Notes under the pieces: model-generated
Database searches by the model: none
Told to the model about the DNA's origin: nothing
The model's input: the letters and a program-made list of their open reading frames with translations, nothing else
Origin: Balanoglossus misakiensis
Lineage: Eukaryota > Animalia > Hemichordata
Direction: 5' to 3'
Assembly (NCBI GenBank): GCA_040954595.2
Contig: CM082585.2
Coordinates: 9,350,564-9,414,563, forward strand
DNA: 64,000 nt
Shown here: in pieces, positions 1-13,100 of the stretch
Position numbering within the stretch: position 1 is the stretch's first letter
Layout of the letters: each line of letters begins with the position of its first letter
Position numbers and translations under genes: made by a program

Positions 1-41
1 AAATGCCGCAATTATCTCCTCACTTTGTTTCTTCTCCGCAG

Positions 42-778
42 GAATTACAGTAATTCTAGCAAAGAAGTTCTCCGTTCACCATTTTTGGGAAGACTGTCGA
101 CGCCACGGCGCTACGATCTTTCTATACATCGGAGAGGTGTGTCGGTACTTGCTCACTTTACCAGAGGTGAGATTTACTGGCAAACATGTACTATGATTTT
201 GGTAGACTTGGAATGGGGCTTGTATGCTTGTCGTGGAAAATAACTGCAATAAATAAGCTTATAACTTCGGTCTCATCTACCGTAGACATCACAGGACAAG
301 AATCACTCCATACGAGTGGCCTGGGGCAATGGTCTCCGCCGGGATATTTGGGACAAATTCCAGAAGCGGTTTGCAATTCCGACAATTGCCGAGTTCTACG
401 GAGCAACCGAAGGAGGGTTCTTTACTATGAGTATGGACAACACGCCAGGTGTTCTGGGTAAATTTTCACCCTTTCTGAAGGTAAATAATGATATAATATA
501 CTTCGTCGTCGGAGGAATATTTGGTTGGATTCGTTTCGGTTCTTTGTCGTTGGTCTGTCGCCGACAACTTGACACAAAAATGAGCATAACTAAACACACA
601 CACACATACACACACAAGTTTGGGTACAAAAGTGACGAACACATTAGTTTCTTCTTTCAGCGCTATTTGGGATTTGAGTTGGTTGAATATGACTTCGAAA
701 CAGCCACACCCTTGCGTAACAAGGACGGCAGATGCATTCCAGTTGGCCTAGGTATGTTTTATTTATTTATTTGTTTGT

Positions 779-811
<33 letters not shown>

Positions 812-2233
812 TTTGCCAAGACACTTTTACCAAACTACCGATAGGCTTTTACAAAACTTTGATATAATGGCATTGGTCTATACATGTAATTATTTTTATT
901 TTGAAACCTAAATGCTTGTCCTGCTGCTGTTGTGGACCGCGATAAATAGGTGCACCTAAGAATTCCAACAATTGTGTGTGTGCAAGTTGAAATCTTTAGT
1001 CATTTTTCGCTTCCATCGCAGGTAATGTTGGTTTACTGGTAAGCCCGGTCAGAGGTCATTATGACGGTTACTCTGACAAGAAGCTGAACAACAAGAGACT
1101 CCTGCGGAATGTCTTCAAAGACGGCGACTTGTATTCTAATATGGGTGATCTGATGCTCCTTGACAGGAATTACCGACTGCACTTCGTCGACAGGATCGGC
1201 GACACTTTCAGGTACAGGCCATGTTTCGTACCATGAAGCTGCGTTCTCCGTCAGTAAAGTGGTGTGCAGTTCGCAGGGGTTGAATAATCGCCGAAATTCC
1301 CTAAAACGATGCACGGAATTAATGATGACGATGCAGAGATCATCTTCATGCTCCCTGAAAATCATTCGTTTTAACAAATTTCAGATGGAAGGGAGAAAAT
1401 GTCTCTACCACAGAAGTTGAAAAAGTTATAGGAGTACACCCAGCAGTAAAATATGCTAATGTGTACGGAGTTAATATTCCGGGTAAATATATTTCAACCA
1501 TTTCGGTTGATTTTTTTTCTATGGACGTGTTTCCTTTAATGATATCTCTAGACTACGTTATAAATTGTAATAAACTTCATATTCTTCAAAACATCTCATG
1601 GTGACCGATTCCGAGGAACAACTTGATATAGCCGTAAGTTATGACAAGATTTTCATAATTCTTATCTGGTTAGATATTACAACGTCAGTGACATAGTCTA
1701 GTCAGGCAGATAGTTGAAATATCAATAATTTGGTTGTTGGTAACATTTTCAACATGGAAGAAATGTCAAGCGATATTTGCTTTGCCATCCCCATGTACTA
1801 TAGCTTGAAAGAAACTATTGAGAACAGATCCAAGTTTTGCTATAGATATAGCATTTTCTCTCTGAACCTAAATATTCATTTTATTTCTCGTACTTTAGGT
1901 CAGGATGGTCGCGCTGGTATGGCTGCCGTTGTTCTGAAGGACGACCAAAATTTCAATCCGAAGTCGTTTTATGACCACGTGACCGCATCTCTACCACTGT
2001 ATGCCTGTCCGCGATTTCTACGCATGACTGATACCGTCGACGAGACTGGAACGCACAAGTTCAAGAAAGCCGATCTCGTCAAGCAGGGGTTTGACCCGAA
2101 CCAGGTTGACGATGAGATGTACTACATGGACCTCGCCAGTCACACTTACAAAGTCTTTGAACGAGCCAGCTTATTTGCACATCGTGGCTGGAAAGGCAAG
2201 AATGTAGAGATTACGTGTGATTATCAATTATAA
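42..2233 (+). CDS. SLC27A: Long/very-long-chain fatty acid transport protein (SLC27/FATP acyl-CoA synthetase), 3' part; 5' exons lie upstream of the window
   Basis: GT-AG exons 42-166, 286-480, 661-751, 1022-1211, 1385-1482 and 1899-2233 splice in frame. FATP motifs: [121 protein letters not shown]. An apparent 1-bp frameshift lies near 2150 (see findings). Confidence 0.95.
778..810. repeat. (GTT)n microsatellite in an SLC27 intron
   Basis: About 11 tandem GTT units. Confidence 0.9.
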
Positions 2234-3408
2234 GAATTGCGATTATCAATGATAATAAGTGTGACTCTCAATGATATTCAACGAAATAACAGATCATGGT
2301 AATGCTAAATCGCCAGTTTAAGCTCCATGAACTGGCACTGTAACACTGAAAAAAGTATTCACCAGTGTATCACTGTTTTGACCTCCCAATGTTTTTTCGC
2401 CCCATGTCGACTTTTGACCAAGGAACTTTGGTCAAAATGTGAAAAATTAACCCACGTTTTGACCATATGACAACACACTCTACATCCACTTTGACCTATC
2501 ACGTGTGTATCTGTAAATCTGCAATGGACTTGGCTTTAATTGTTGAATGTTTTGGGATGGAAGAGAGATTATGATCGGTGAGATTGATTCACAGAATATT
2601 CTGCTAATAAACGTAAGAAATATTATATTCAGAGAAGTTTAATGAAAAAGTTAAGTAGTTTCACCGTGGAGGGCGCATGCTCGTTTCGACATGATGCAAA
2701 AAGTGACCCTGATGGGTTATCCCGGCTTTTCCTTGACTTTTAGACAGAAAAAATCTTGTTTAGAAATATGGGATTATTTTCAACACATTACAAGTGCTGT
2801 AACATAGTGTAATCTAGAATTGATGTCTTTTCAAGTTCTATGGGAATGGGTGTGCCATTGGTCTACATTTCGAAAGATCGTTTTTAAAAAAAATCGAAAT
2901 TCTAACCCATGACAGCAGAAGCGCCTTTGCCCAAACTTATTCTTTCTTTGAAGATTCTGTTATTTCGATCGAAACCTTCCACACAGGCCAATTTTACCAT
3001 ACTACTGGAATTAGTAATTTGATTTGTTCGTTTTTTACCTGACAATGTCCTTGTATAATTTGCCATATGAAAACTCGGGCATTTCAATTGAGTTTAAATT
3101 AAAAGCGCGTGAAAATTACGCGCAACCCAGTATAGTATATCATGCTGCTGTTCAATTTCAATATAAACAGTAGTTTTTGAAATTAAAGGTTTCTCTGCTG
3201 AACTTGTAATGTACCCCCTTGACCATGGCAAAATTTTATATATATAGGCCTATTTCAAAATGTTCGAAATTCGTTGGACATTAGGCTATAGCTGCACACG
3301 CCTGTGATTTTGTGCTATTGAGTGATGAGTGGTCCAGCTTATGGATCTAACAATACTATTTTTCATGTGTCGCCACCAACGTTTTGCAATCGGTCTCTCT
3401 CCCCCCCT

Positions 3409-3608
<200 letters not shown>

Positions 3609-4105
3609 TCATTCAACCATTCATTTATTTATCTCAAAATGTCGAATCGATGCTTTAATTATGCTACTATTTAAAAAGAAGGGAAAAGGAGGCTAAACAA
3701 TTATCATTTTTAGTATTACTGGCGCTGTCATCGCAACGATAAACTAATGATGTCATCAGAGCAACAGGGTTGGTACATTCCCTCTATTTGCATATGCCTG
3801 TATGTATTACGCACACGCGCTTATTTTCAACGAGCAGATGACAGCCTAGCCAGACGATGCAGCAGAGATCTGATGCCGTGATGCTTCTGAAGAATGTTCC
3901 GTGAAATTTTCTAGCTTTCTAGGTCCCTGCATCCATTTTGGCGGATTCTCTTCTCAGTGAACATTGCCAGAATGAGACTGTATCAAAATTTATTTTGAAG
4001 CGGCTTCAAAAGTGGAGAATAATATCGTTGATTTTGTCTTCTGCTCTCCGTATGCGTGTATAACCTACGTGACTCTGTGCTTGTTTTGAGCCTGGCTCTG
4101 CAAAG

Positions 4106-7100
4106 ATGGCGATGGTTGGATGTCGACTGATGTTTTGCGCTGTATTTTCAAGCCAGCTTCTGTTCACAGTGAACGGTAGGTACTTTTTAAGTAAGCGAAA
4201 CGTTTCAGCAGGCTTTTCAGTGAGATCGTGCAGAAAAGTTTGCATAACAAAGAATTAAACACAAAACAAGAGGAGAGGTAAGTGTTGTTCACGACCCGGA
4301 AGTTCAGTGGAACTGCGCGTTGAATTTTGTCGTGCGTTGGCAGTGTAGTGTCGTGTAAAATATATAGTCTGTGTTTATACTTCACACGTCAGTGAAAAAA
4401 TGACTGTGTTCTATAAATGCATTTTAAATATTTAAGCGTTCATGAGCATAACAGAGAAAGAGTGCTGGCTAGTGTGTAATGTACATTTTGATGCGTGTCA
4501 CTTTCAACTTTGTTCTTATATATTTGCGTGAAATCATATTACGCGGCATGGCCACCCCTAACTGTTGCAAGTACTGTTCTTCGGTATAATTAAATAAGCT
4601 CTGTATATAAACTGTAATATTCTATTACAAAAGACAAGTAAATAAACATGATGTTTTTACTATCTCGTTGGATTTTACTGTCGCTGGACTTGCAGTGGGC
4701 AGTTGTGATGTTTACTATATTACAATGCTGACCTCTCAGTGATTTAGGGGCCGTGGGTGTGTTTCGCATAAGTCAAATGGATGACCCGGATCTCAAACAC
4801 CCCTTGCGTCCCTAAAATTGCTACTTATTAAATAATGTATGGGGGCATTTACTGAAGAAGGTTTTATTTTTTAAGGCCAAGTGTACTGTTGTGCAATTTT
4901 GCTCACTTTTCCTTTTCAAGGTGTTTTGTCACCAATACTGCCAGCGACAAGTGACGCAGCAATGCAGTGAGTAAAACTGCAGCTAATAATATAATTTTTC
5001 CCATGAGAGTGTATTGCTTTCATATTAAATAACCAGTAACTTGTGAATAATTCTGCGGTAGAGACAGATGACAAACCGATGACTAGAAATATATCCATAA
5101 AAGACAAAGTGGTGTAAACGCCCACAGCATTTTATGGGAAGTCTGGGAAAAACCAATAAATATCCCAGCTAAAAGAACAGCATTGAAAGAAAACAATAGA
5201 ACAAAAATAACTATTAATAATAATAAAAATATGCTAATGAGGTTGTGTGTTCCAGCATGTTCATAATTTCTATTATATTGTGGGATAAAAAGCCTTTCAA
5301 TTTTCAATTTGCATTTGACTCCCAAAAAAGATATAATTTTTATAGATTCTATTGTATAAGTTATGAAACTGTCTAAGTAAAAGATTTCACAGTATAGCAA
5401 AATAAGAGAAACCATTGTTTGCTAATTTATGCAGCTGGTTTCACTTCAGGATCAGTCTCAGTTTCTCCCGGTTATAAAAAGCCGCAGAATATTTGATGTT
5501 AATGCTTTTAAAAAATAGAGTGTGCATGTCAACCATCCGTCATAAGTGAAATGGGTATTGTGCAGTTTGCATTGTACTTTTGTAGCTAAGGAAGGTCATA
5601 TCAAGAATAACTAATTAACTAAGGTAGACCTGTACACAAAATACAAAGCCTACTTAATTTTAACGTGGCTATAGTGATCACTCCATTATCCATGTAATGC
5701 TGTATCAACTCAGAAATACTGAATGTTGTATCAGGGTGTCTTTCTTGTGACGTTTTTACCAAAATTCAGTAATTAAAACACATAGAAAATTTGTATTAAT
5801 TTTTTGTCTGTGGTAGTAATGTTCAACATGCTAGAGTAAATATAGCGTAATTGCTACTGTGTCTGTGTGTGAACTCCAAGGTCAGATAAGTAGTTATAGA
5901 AATCTAAATAGTCATGCCGTGCAGATGATATCGGGTCAAGTTCAAAAGTTCATTCCAGAATAAATTATCTTGAGTTCTGTTCACAGTGTGAATGCAGTAA
6001 TTGATCCAATATTTGTTTTTGTGGGGAATAACAAGAGGACAGTAAAATTTACAAATCCATTACATCATGTTGTTTCCTTTCATGAAATTAAACAAACTGA
6101 AAAGTATAAAATTGTAAATAATATTTTGAGAGTATTAAAGTTCCTATCAAATTCCCTTAACATTTGCATCATACAAATTCCACCCCAAAATCAGCATTAA
6201 TTTTAGAATTTCGTATAATATGCATGAGATTTTGCTATGTCGTCATCCAAAAGAAACTGCAGCTAAAAGCAATTGCCAGGGGATCAGATATCTGCCAGAA
6301 ATGGGAGCATCACAATAAAGGAAAGCTTGTGAATCACAGTATGATATTTTCCCCGTATAATGAAGTCTACCTTTATCGTTTCTGCTCCATAAAAATATAT
6401 GATTACTTTCAAAAGACTCCTTACTGTAACAACATGCCGTTCATCATTTTCCGAAGTGTAGGGGTGGACGTTTTTTATTGTCGCCGTAAAATTCACAATT
6501 CTGTTGAATAAATGTATCATTCAAATTACAGAGCTGTTTTACATTCCCCGTGGTTCCCTTCAAATGTCATTAAGTGGTCGGATGACCATCTTCGCTTTTC
6601 CAGAGATTAGATTGGGGTGTTTGTAGCCGAGCGTCGCTATGGAGAGAAAGCTTTAGAATTTCCAATCTGCCCTCAGGACTGCGAGGGGAAAGAATAGTCC
6701 TCTTGATTGCACAGTGGTTGTCCCAAGAAAGAGACTTATCGACACAAAGCTTCACACAGTCAAATTTAATAAGACCAGCATTTCCAAAATGAAATCCAAA
6801 TAGATATTAGACATTACATGTTTCTCATCTTGTATTATTCTGACGATTTTTCCAAAATATTTTAAAATCCACATGACAATTTCACTGATATTGGTCTGGT
6901 ACCTTTATTAAGACACAATTTGGTAAATTAGAATAATTTAACCAATAAAAAAAAAATCTCTCGTTTTTGCATTGCCATCATGTCTTAATAATCTGAAATT
7001 GACCAATATTCAAGTCATTAAAATTTGCATATCCATTACCTCATGCTGTCTCCCTTCTTTTAATCAAATCCCGCATTGATTTGAACAGTCTTTGTCTCTC

Positions 7101-10100
7101 TCATTTACATGATAATATTGCAGATTGATAATCCCCATATGTTGATTTTCTCAGCAAACTGGGAATTGGTCATTAAGTGAATGTGTTTTTCTCCCAAGGT
7201 CTTATTTAATATGCATCTTCCTTATGAGAACCTATACATTGCCTCTTCGGTTCGCATACTTACAATATTGCTGTGAGGAATCTCCCATACAGACTGATTT
7301 TTTCCCTTTCTCAAAAGTGTTTTTTCCAGAACTCTTCCTACTAATGGCTTCATGTCCTCTGGAAAAGAGATAATGATGTCTTCCTTTGCTTTCAAAGTGA
7401 TCAGGCAGCTGCTGTCATTTTCACTTTGCTGTAGTGTACAGGTAGAATAAAATTCCGTTTTTGATATCGCATAATATTGCCAGTAGATATAATGACAACA
7501 CAGTATGATGGTGACTTCTAGATATGATGAGTGTTCTATTTATACATTACAGTTTAATTTGCATTTTGATTTTTATGTGAAGTTGGGACGGTAAAATTTT
7601 ATTGAATACGTGTTATAAAGTTGATACCAATGGGTATCTTGGGAATCCTAACTTTCTTCAAATCAATGCTGACTTTGTTCCAGAAGTGAGGTTGTCACAA
7701 AACTCATTGGGAGAGAAATGAAGTATGATGAAAAACACAACATGGTTTAAAATGTCAGAAAAGGGTAGAAACAAAAATTACGTATAATTTGAGAACTTTT
7801 AGGGGAAATACACGTCACAGTTTGATGGATGCTGTGAAGTACCTGAAATGTGTGTAAAGTTTTATAGCATAATTTGTAATGTACACCTGATGAAACATTG
7901 TATATTTCAGAGCACACATTTTTCTTTATTTTCAATGCGATATATTAGGACTGCGTGACCAGGCAATTGAAAAAAATAAATGGTCCACAAACGATCTTAG
8001 TTGCCCTGTGAATTGGCTACTTGACAATGAAAGAGACTGGCAATTGGCCATAAACCTAAAGCCAAGCAATTTGCCGAGACAAACCGTTCCATACTGAACA
8101 CCTTTATGTCTCAATTAAGATGGAGAAGTCGTGATCGAGAGGTAGGACCTCTGCTGATCAGACCAGTCTCAGTCTGTAACATTTTGTACCCTAGTTCGCC
8201 CGTGCTTACATGTAATTGTGCGGAAATCACGACCTCAAAGTAAATGCCACAGCTGAGACTCTATTGGTGCAGATGTCTGCATCCCAATTACAGTCTGTAT
8301 GTCAAACTTGATTGCGTAAGTGTCTTGCATGCGTTTGTCCTTTGAGTGACATCAGCAATGAAAAAGTACGTGTCCAAGTCTCGAGCGAGGCTTGAATTGC
8401 CCACAGACTGTGTAATTTTCTTCTGGCATCTCAAAGTAAATCAAGTATGAGGTTCGATTGTTATCGGCATACGCAGCTGATTGAGGAAACGCGCTACTCT
8501 CATCACGTTAAGCCTATAAGTAATAGCGCTGTCAATAAAGCCACAGTTTGAGTAGTGATCCTTCTAGAGATGTATTGAAGAAAGTTTTTAGTATATTAAA
8601 TAATGTGTTGATAGCCCATTTCTTGATTAGATCTGGAATGGTTCAGAATACATGCGTATTATTATAATTGCAGTGCATAAATTCTAATGGTGAATTGTTG
8701 TTTTCAGCATAAAATGAAATAATGATTGTGAAGTGTGTTGTGAGCCAGTGAGAGAAAAGGAAACTCAACAGTGAAATGTTCTGCTTTTAGGTCACAGTAC
8801 CTCTTTGAGATACCTTCTACAGATCAAAATCTGGAGGTTTCACTGAAAATTAACCTATTGGTATGATGTCAGGGAATGGAAGCCTTATAATCTTCTCATT
8901 GATGTGCACAGCATCGATCAGCTTTAACTAGCCGGATCGTGGGTGTTGCTAATCCCAGGCAGAACAGCGTTTCTATGTTCGATTTGTCTGTACTATATTT
9001 AGAGCAGAGCTTGTCTGCACTGCATGTACTCTGAAAGCTGTTCAAGTGTCTGGCACTGTGTGCAGTCGTCGTGTCCCTGTCTTTCAAAACAGTCGCCCAT
9101 AGAGCTGCGTAACATATGTCAGTAAAGCCTGAGAATAGCAAAAACACTTTTGTCTGTCTGTTTGGGTCACTGTAGGACAACACTCCTACAATGGCAGGCA
9201 CCCTATCCGGTCCATGTCAGGAATGAATACAATGCCATATCATGAATGTTTGTATTTAACCATCTGCACAGCCTGTCTCACAGTGACATGTTGCATGCCA
9301 TCATGGTATATGCTAGATTGAAAGAGACTAGCAGATTATAAATATTATCATGCTAGTACCGTACATGCACTATCCCAAGTAATTTCAAATTTTATTTTTA
9401 AGGCGGTATAGTTGTATAATACACATAGCTGAACTTTTGTTTACCAATAAACACCTGTGCATAGACAATCTATGAAAAACGATAGAAATGCCCATTTCAA
9501 TAAATATGGGCCTTTTTTCTGTGTACATACATGTCTGTATTAGCCTCCACAGATAACCATTGTGAGGTCCTGGCTCCAGTTGATTCAAGATCTGCCATTT
9601 CATATCAAATATGACACAGTTAATATACATGTGCACCTGTATCAACTCAACATGCATGGCAACACCTGCTGCTTAAATGCAAGTGCATTTAAAGTCAAGT
9701 CAGCTGCGGAAGGCTGTAAAATTTTATGGAATTGTTGCCATTGGACAAATAAATATTTATGGGGACTTATTATAGAGAGCGGCTGCATTGTCAGTCTGTC
9801 ATGGACCTGTTCCGTAATACAATGACACAGACTGACTGCTGCAGTGTTCTGTAGGGTTTATAGAAACAAATTATGCATATGAACAAATATGCATATCTTC
9901 AAGTATGCTTTAATATGGCATACACGTACTGGTATGGTTATGTGATAATTCCAACCCTAAAAAGAGTTGGTTTCATTTATCACAGTTTACCAAGTTAAAT
10001 GTATAAAATTCAGTATGCCCCAGTGTGTGCGATGCGAACAAACATGATCGATATAAACGCATGTAATGAACACAAGAATGCACATCTCTGATAATATTAT

Positions 10101-13100
10101 ATTTGACATTTTGCTCTGAACTTTTGTCGTCACGTGGGTCAGTATGAATTATTTCATTAACTCAAAATGCCAGGAGGTGGAAGAGGATTCCAGTAGAAAA
10201 TGTACAAATTAGTGTACATCAAAATGCCCTCTCAGGCAATATGACGTACAGATTGACGCAACAAGCTCACTGGTGACGCAAGAAAATGATCTATATTACA
10301 TGTACGGGTAGAGTTTGAGGCTGACGAAATTCTCAATAGATTCAAGTCAGTCTTTCAAAAACTACCGGTATGTTCGTTAGTGGGCTGGCTGATCTCAATA
10401 TGTGCTGCCTGACTAAAAGACGTGGGTGGAATTTCTGCGATGATGGTTTGGACACGCTCACCTAAAATCTGTAATCTTGATAAACTTGAATAGTTTATTT
10501 TATATAAAGTATCTAAAAATGTAAAGCACTTGAAAAGCAATGTAAGCTGTGCAAAACAATGAAAAAGTGGTAGTTTACTTCAGTCTCTTAAAGTAGTTAG
10601 AAAAAGTACCAGTACATGTACCTCTATAGTCACAATAAGTCACATTCTCTAGTCATAGTTAATGGGCTTGATGAATAATTAATGAGATGGTTGGCAGCAT
10701 GCAGTGCATCTCCTTAGTGTATACCACTGATGTGAAAACAAAACCTACACATTAGCTGAACCTGTTAACCCACAACTCCATCAATGTCACCATGGCACTG
10801 CCTATCAAATAGAGGGGTTTAAAAAGTTGGTACGCTTGCAATCATGAGAATAGTGTTGAGGCTTTCATTGTCAATATCATCGCTTACTATTAAAATTAGA
10901 AAGTGTTGCTGTTTTTTGACCATGACCAACATATGACATACAAACAAATGGTGTAGTACACTACAGATAGTATTATATCTCCTGAATGTCATTTGATATG
11001 GACTCCCATAAGGCTTGGTGAACAAAACAATTTTTGATAGGACATATTTTGATTTTATCAAATGAAATTGTATCTCATACTGGATGAAAAAAATAACTTG
11101 AATGGAAGAAATTCTATGAAATTACCAACAAAAACATGTCCCTGGTTTACGATAGGGAATGAAATTATTTATTTTGGAGGTAATTTATTGCATGGAAGAA
11201 TTATTTATATCCAATTTGAGCACAAATTCGCCACCATTTTTGTCTACTAATCAGTATGTGAGTCAAATCGTTGTCACAAACCCATCCGCACAAGGTCAAA
11301 GCAGCTGAGAACAGTGTGTCAATAGTCGTCTCTTGCTTTCATGGACGTTTTATCAAAATCCAATTCTGAAAGCACCACTTAGGCTCACTCCCAAAGGAAA
11401 CCAGGCAAAGATCGGAATCAAAACCTATCAGAAACCCTTTTTTATACTGCGGAGATTTGCCGCAGACCACAGCAGCATGCAGATATGCAAGTGTTACTCA
11501 AAGTACTCTTTAAAAAAAATTCAATGATAAGAGAAATAAATCTTCTTGATATTATACACTTTGTGAAGTGCATGTTAGTGAAGAAAAAATCGCAAGTGTG
11601 AAAGTTATCAGTAGAATTTCAACACATCAGTGATTTTAACCTTGAAATTCTAATTTTTCCAAACACTTCAACTGACTGCGTTGTTTTATAATTTAGTACC
11701 ACTGCATAATTTAGATGTGTACTATTCATTTCCATCAATGTAGCTCTTACTCAATACTTTCATATAAATTATCATGTGACCACATATAATATCTTACTAT
11801 AAATAACACCATGGTTTGTACATTATTTGAATCTTTCTGCACATTATTTATCTATCAATGGGGAACAAAAAACGCATAAAAACGATTTAACGAGATATTG
11901 GTGACCTGTTTTACTGCTCTTAAAATATTGATATGCTGTTTCATTTGTATGAGCGCAAATTAATATCATCAATGGCAAGAATGATATTTTGATGATGTTA
12001 ATCAGACAATACAAGGCACAACCTTCAACCGTATTGTTGCATATACTGTATTAGACATTAGCCTGTTTTTGTTGGGTTAATACCCATTTGATAAGTTTTC
12101 AACACATTTAATTTGTTGTGTGGAAATATCCAGATGATGATACAGTGTTTTTTCAGGGTTATGGCTCGTTCCTTGCATCAGGCACGTTATTGTACTTACT
12201 TAACATACAGGTTCACACTTTTATCCTGAGTGTAGTGTGAGTAGTGGAATTAAAAACAATATGTTTTTGAGCCAATTTCCATGATGAATTGAATCTTGGG
12301 TAGCTGTTTGATTTCAATCTGAACTTGGTTTGAAAGTTCAGTTCTTTCATACAGCCTAAATCAGCTTGACAACTAACTGCATGAATGAATCACATTTTTA
12401 TGTGCAATATAAACGGTAAACATACATCATCGTTGCTACTTATGATTAATTGTAATCAATTAATGAGTGGGTGATTTTGATGTATGTTGGGATACTCACG
12501 TTAATCACTTACATTGTACATACAATGTATTTGATTTACACAGTGAGTTGACAAGCTAATTCGAAATGGGCTATAAAATCTTTCCATCACCAACAGGTTA
12601 CATTTTGTATTTTGAATGTCGATCTCTTTTTTCATAAATCAGTTTTGCAGTATCTCGTATCACTGAAATAGCCTCTCTTTAATACTTTGTTAGTATAATT
12701 ATACATAAATTCCTGAGATTGTAGGCCACTAAGACCACACTTGGGATATCATGTTATTGGTCAGTTTAAGTATAAGCCATGAACTTAAAATGGATCACCT
12801 GCAGGCAGGACTTAACCACCGTTTTGTGGTCACTTTGACCTGTGGTATTCTAACCGAGGGCTTTTCTGTCGTCGGCACTTGTCTTAAATGTTCTGATAGG
12901 TCTCATCTGAATTCTCAACCACATTGTTGCTGTGGGTTTCAATCAGATCATCCCATTAAAATTAGCCAGCAGCCTCAGGCACATCTGCAAGGATATTTCC
13001 AGTCTGAATGCGAATTTCGAGTTTCAGTATTGCCTGGATTAAAATCTGTATTCTGCATTTGCGAGTGGTGGGTATTTCTGTATCGGCTGACATTTAGATG

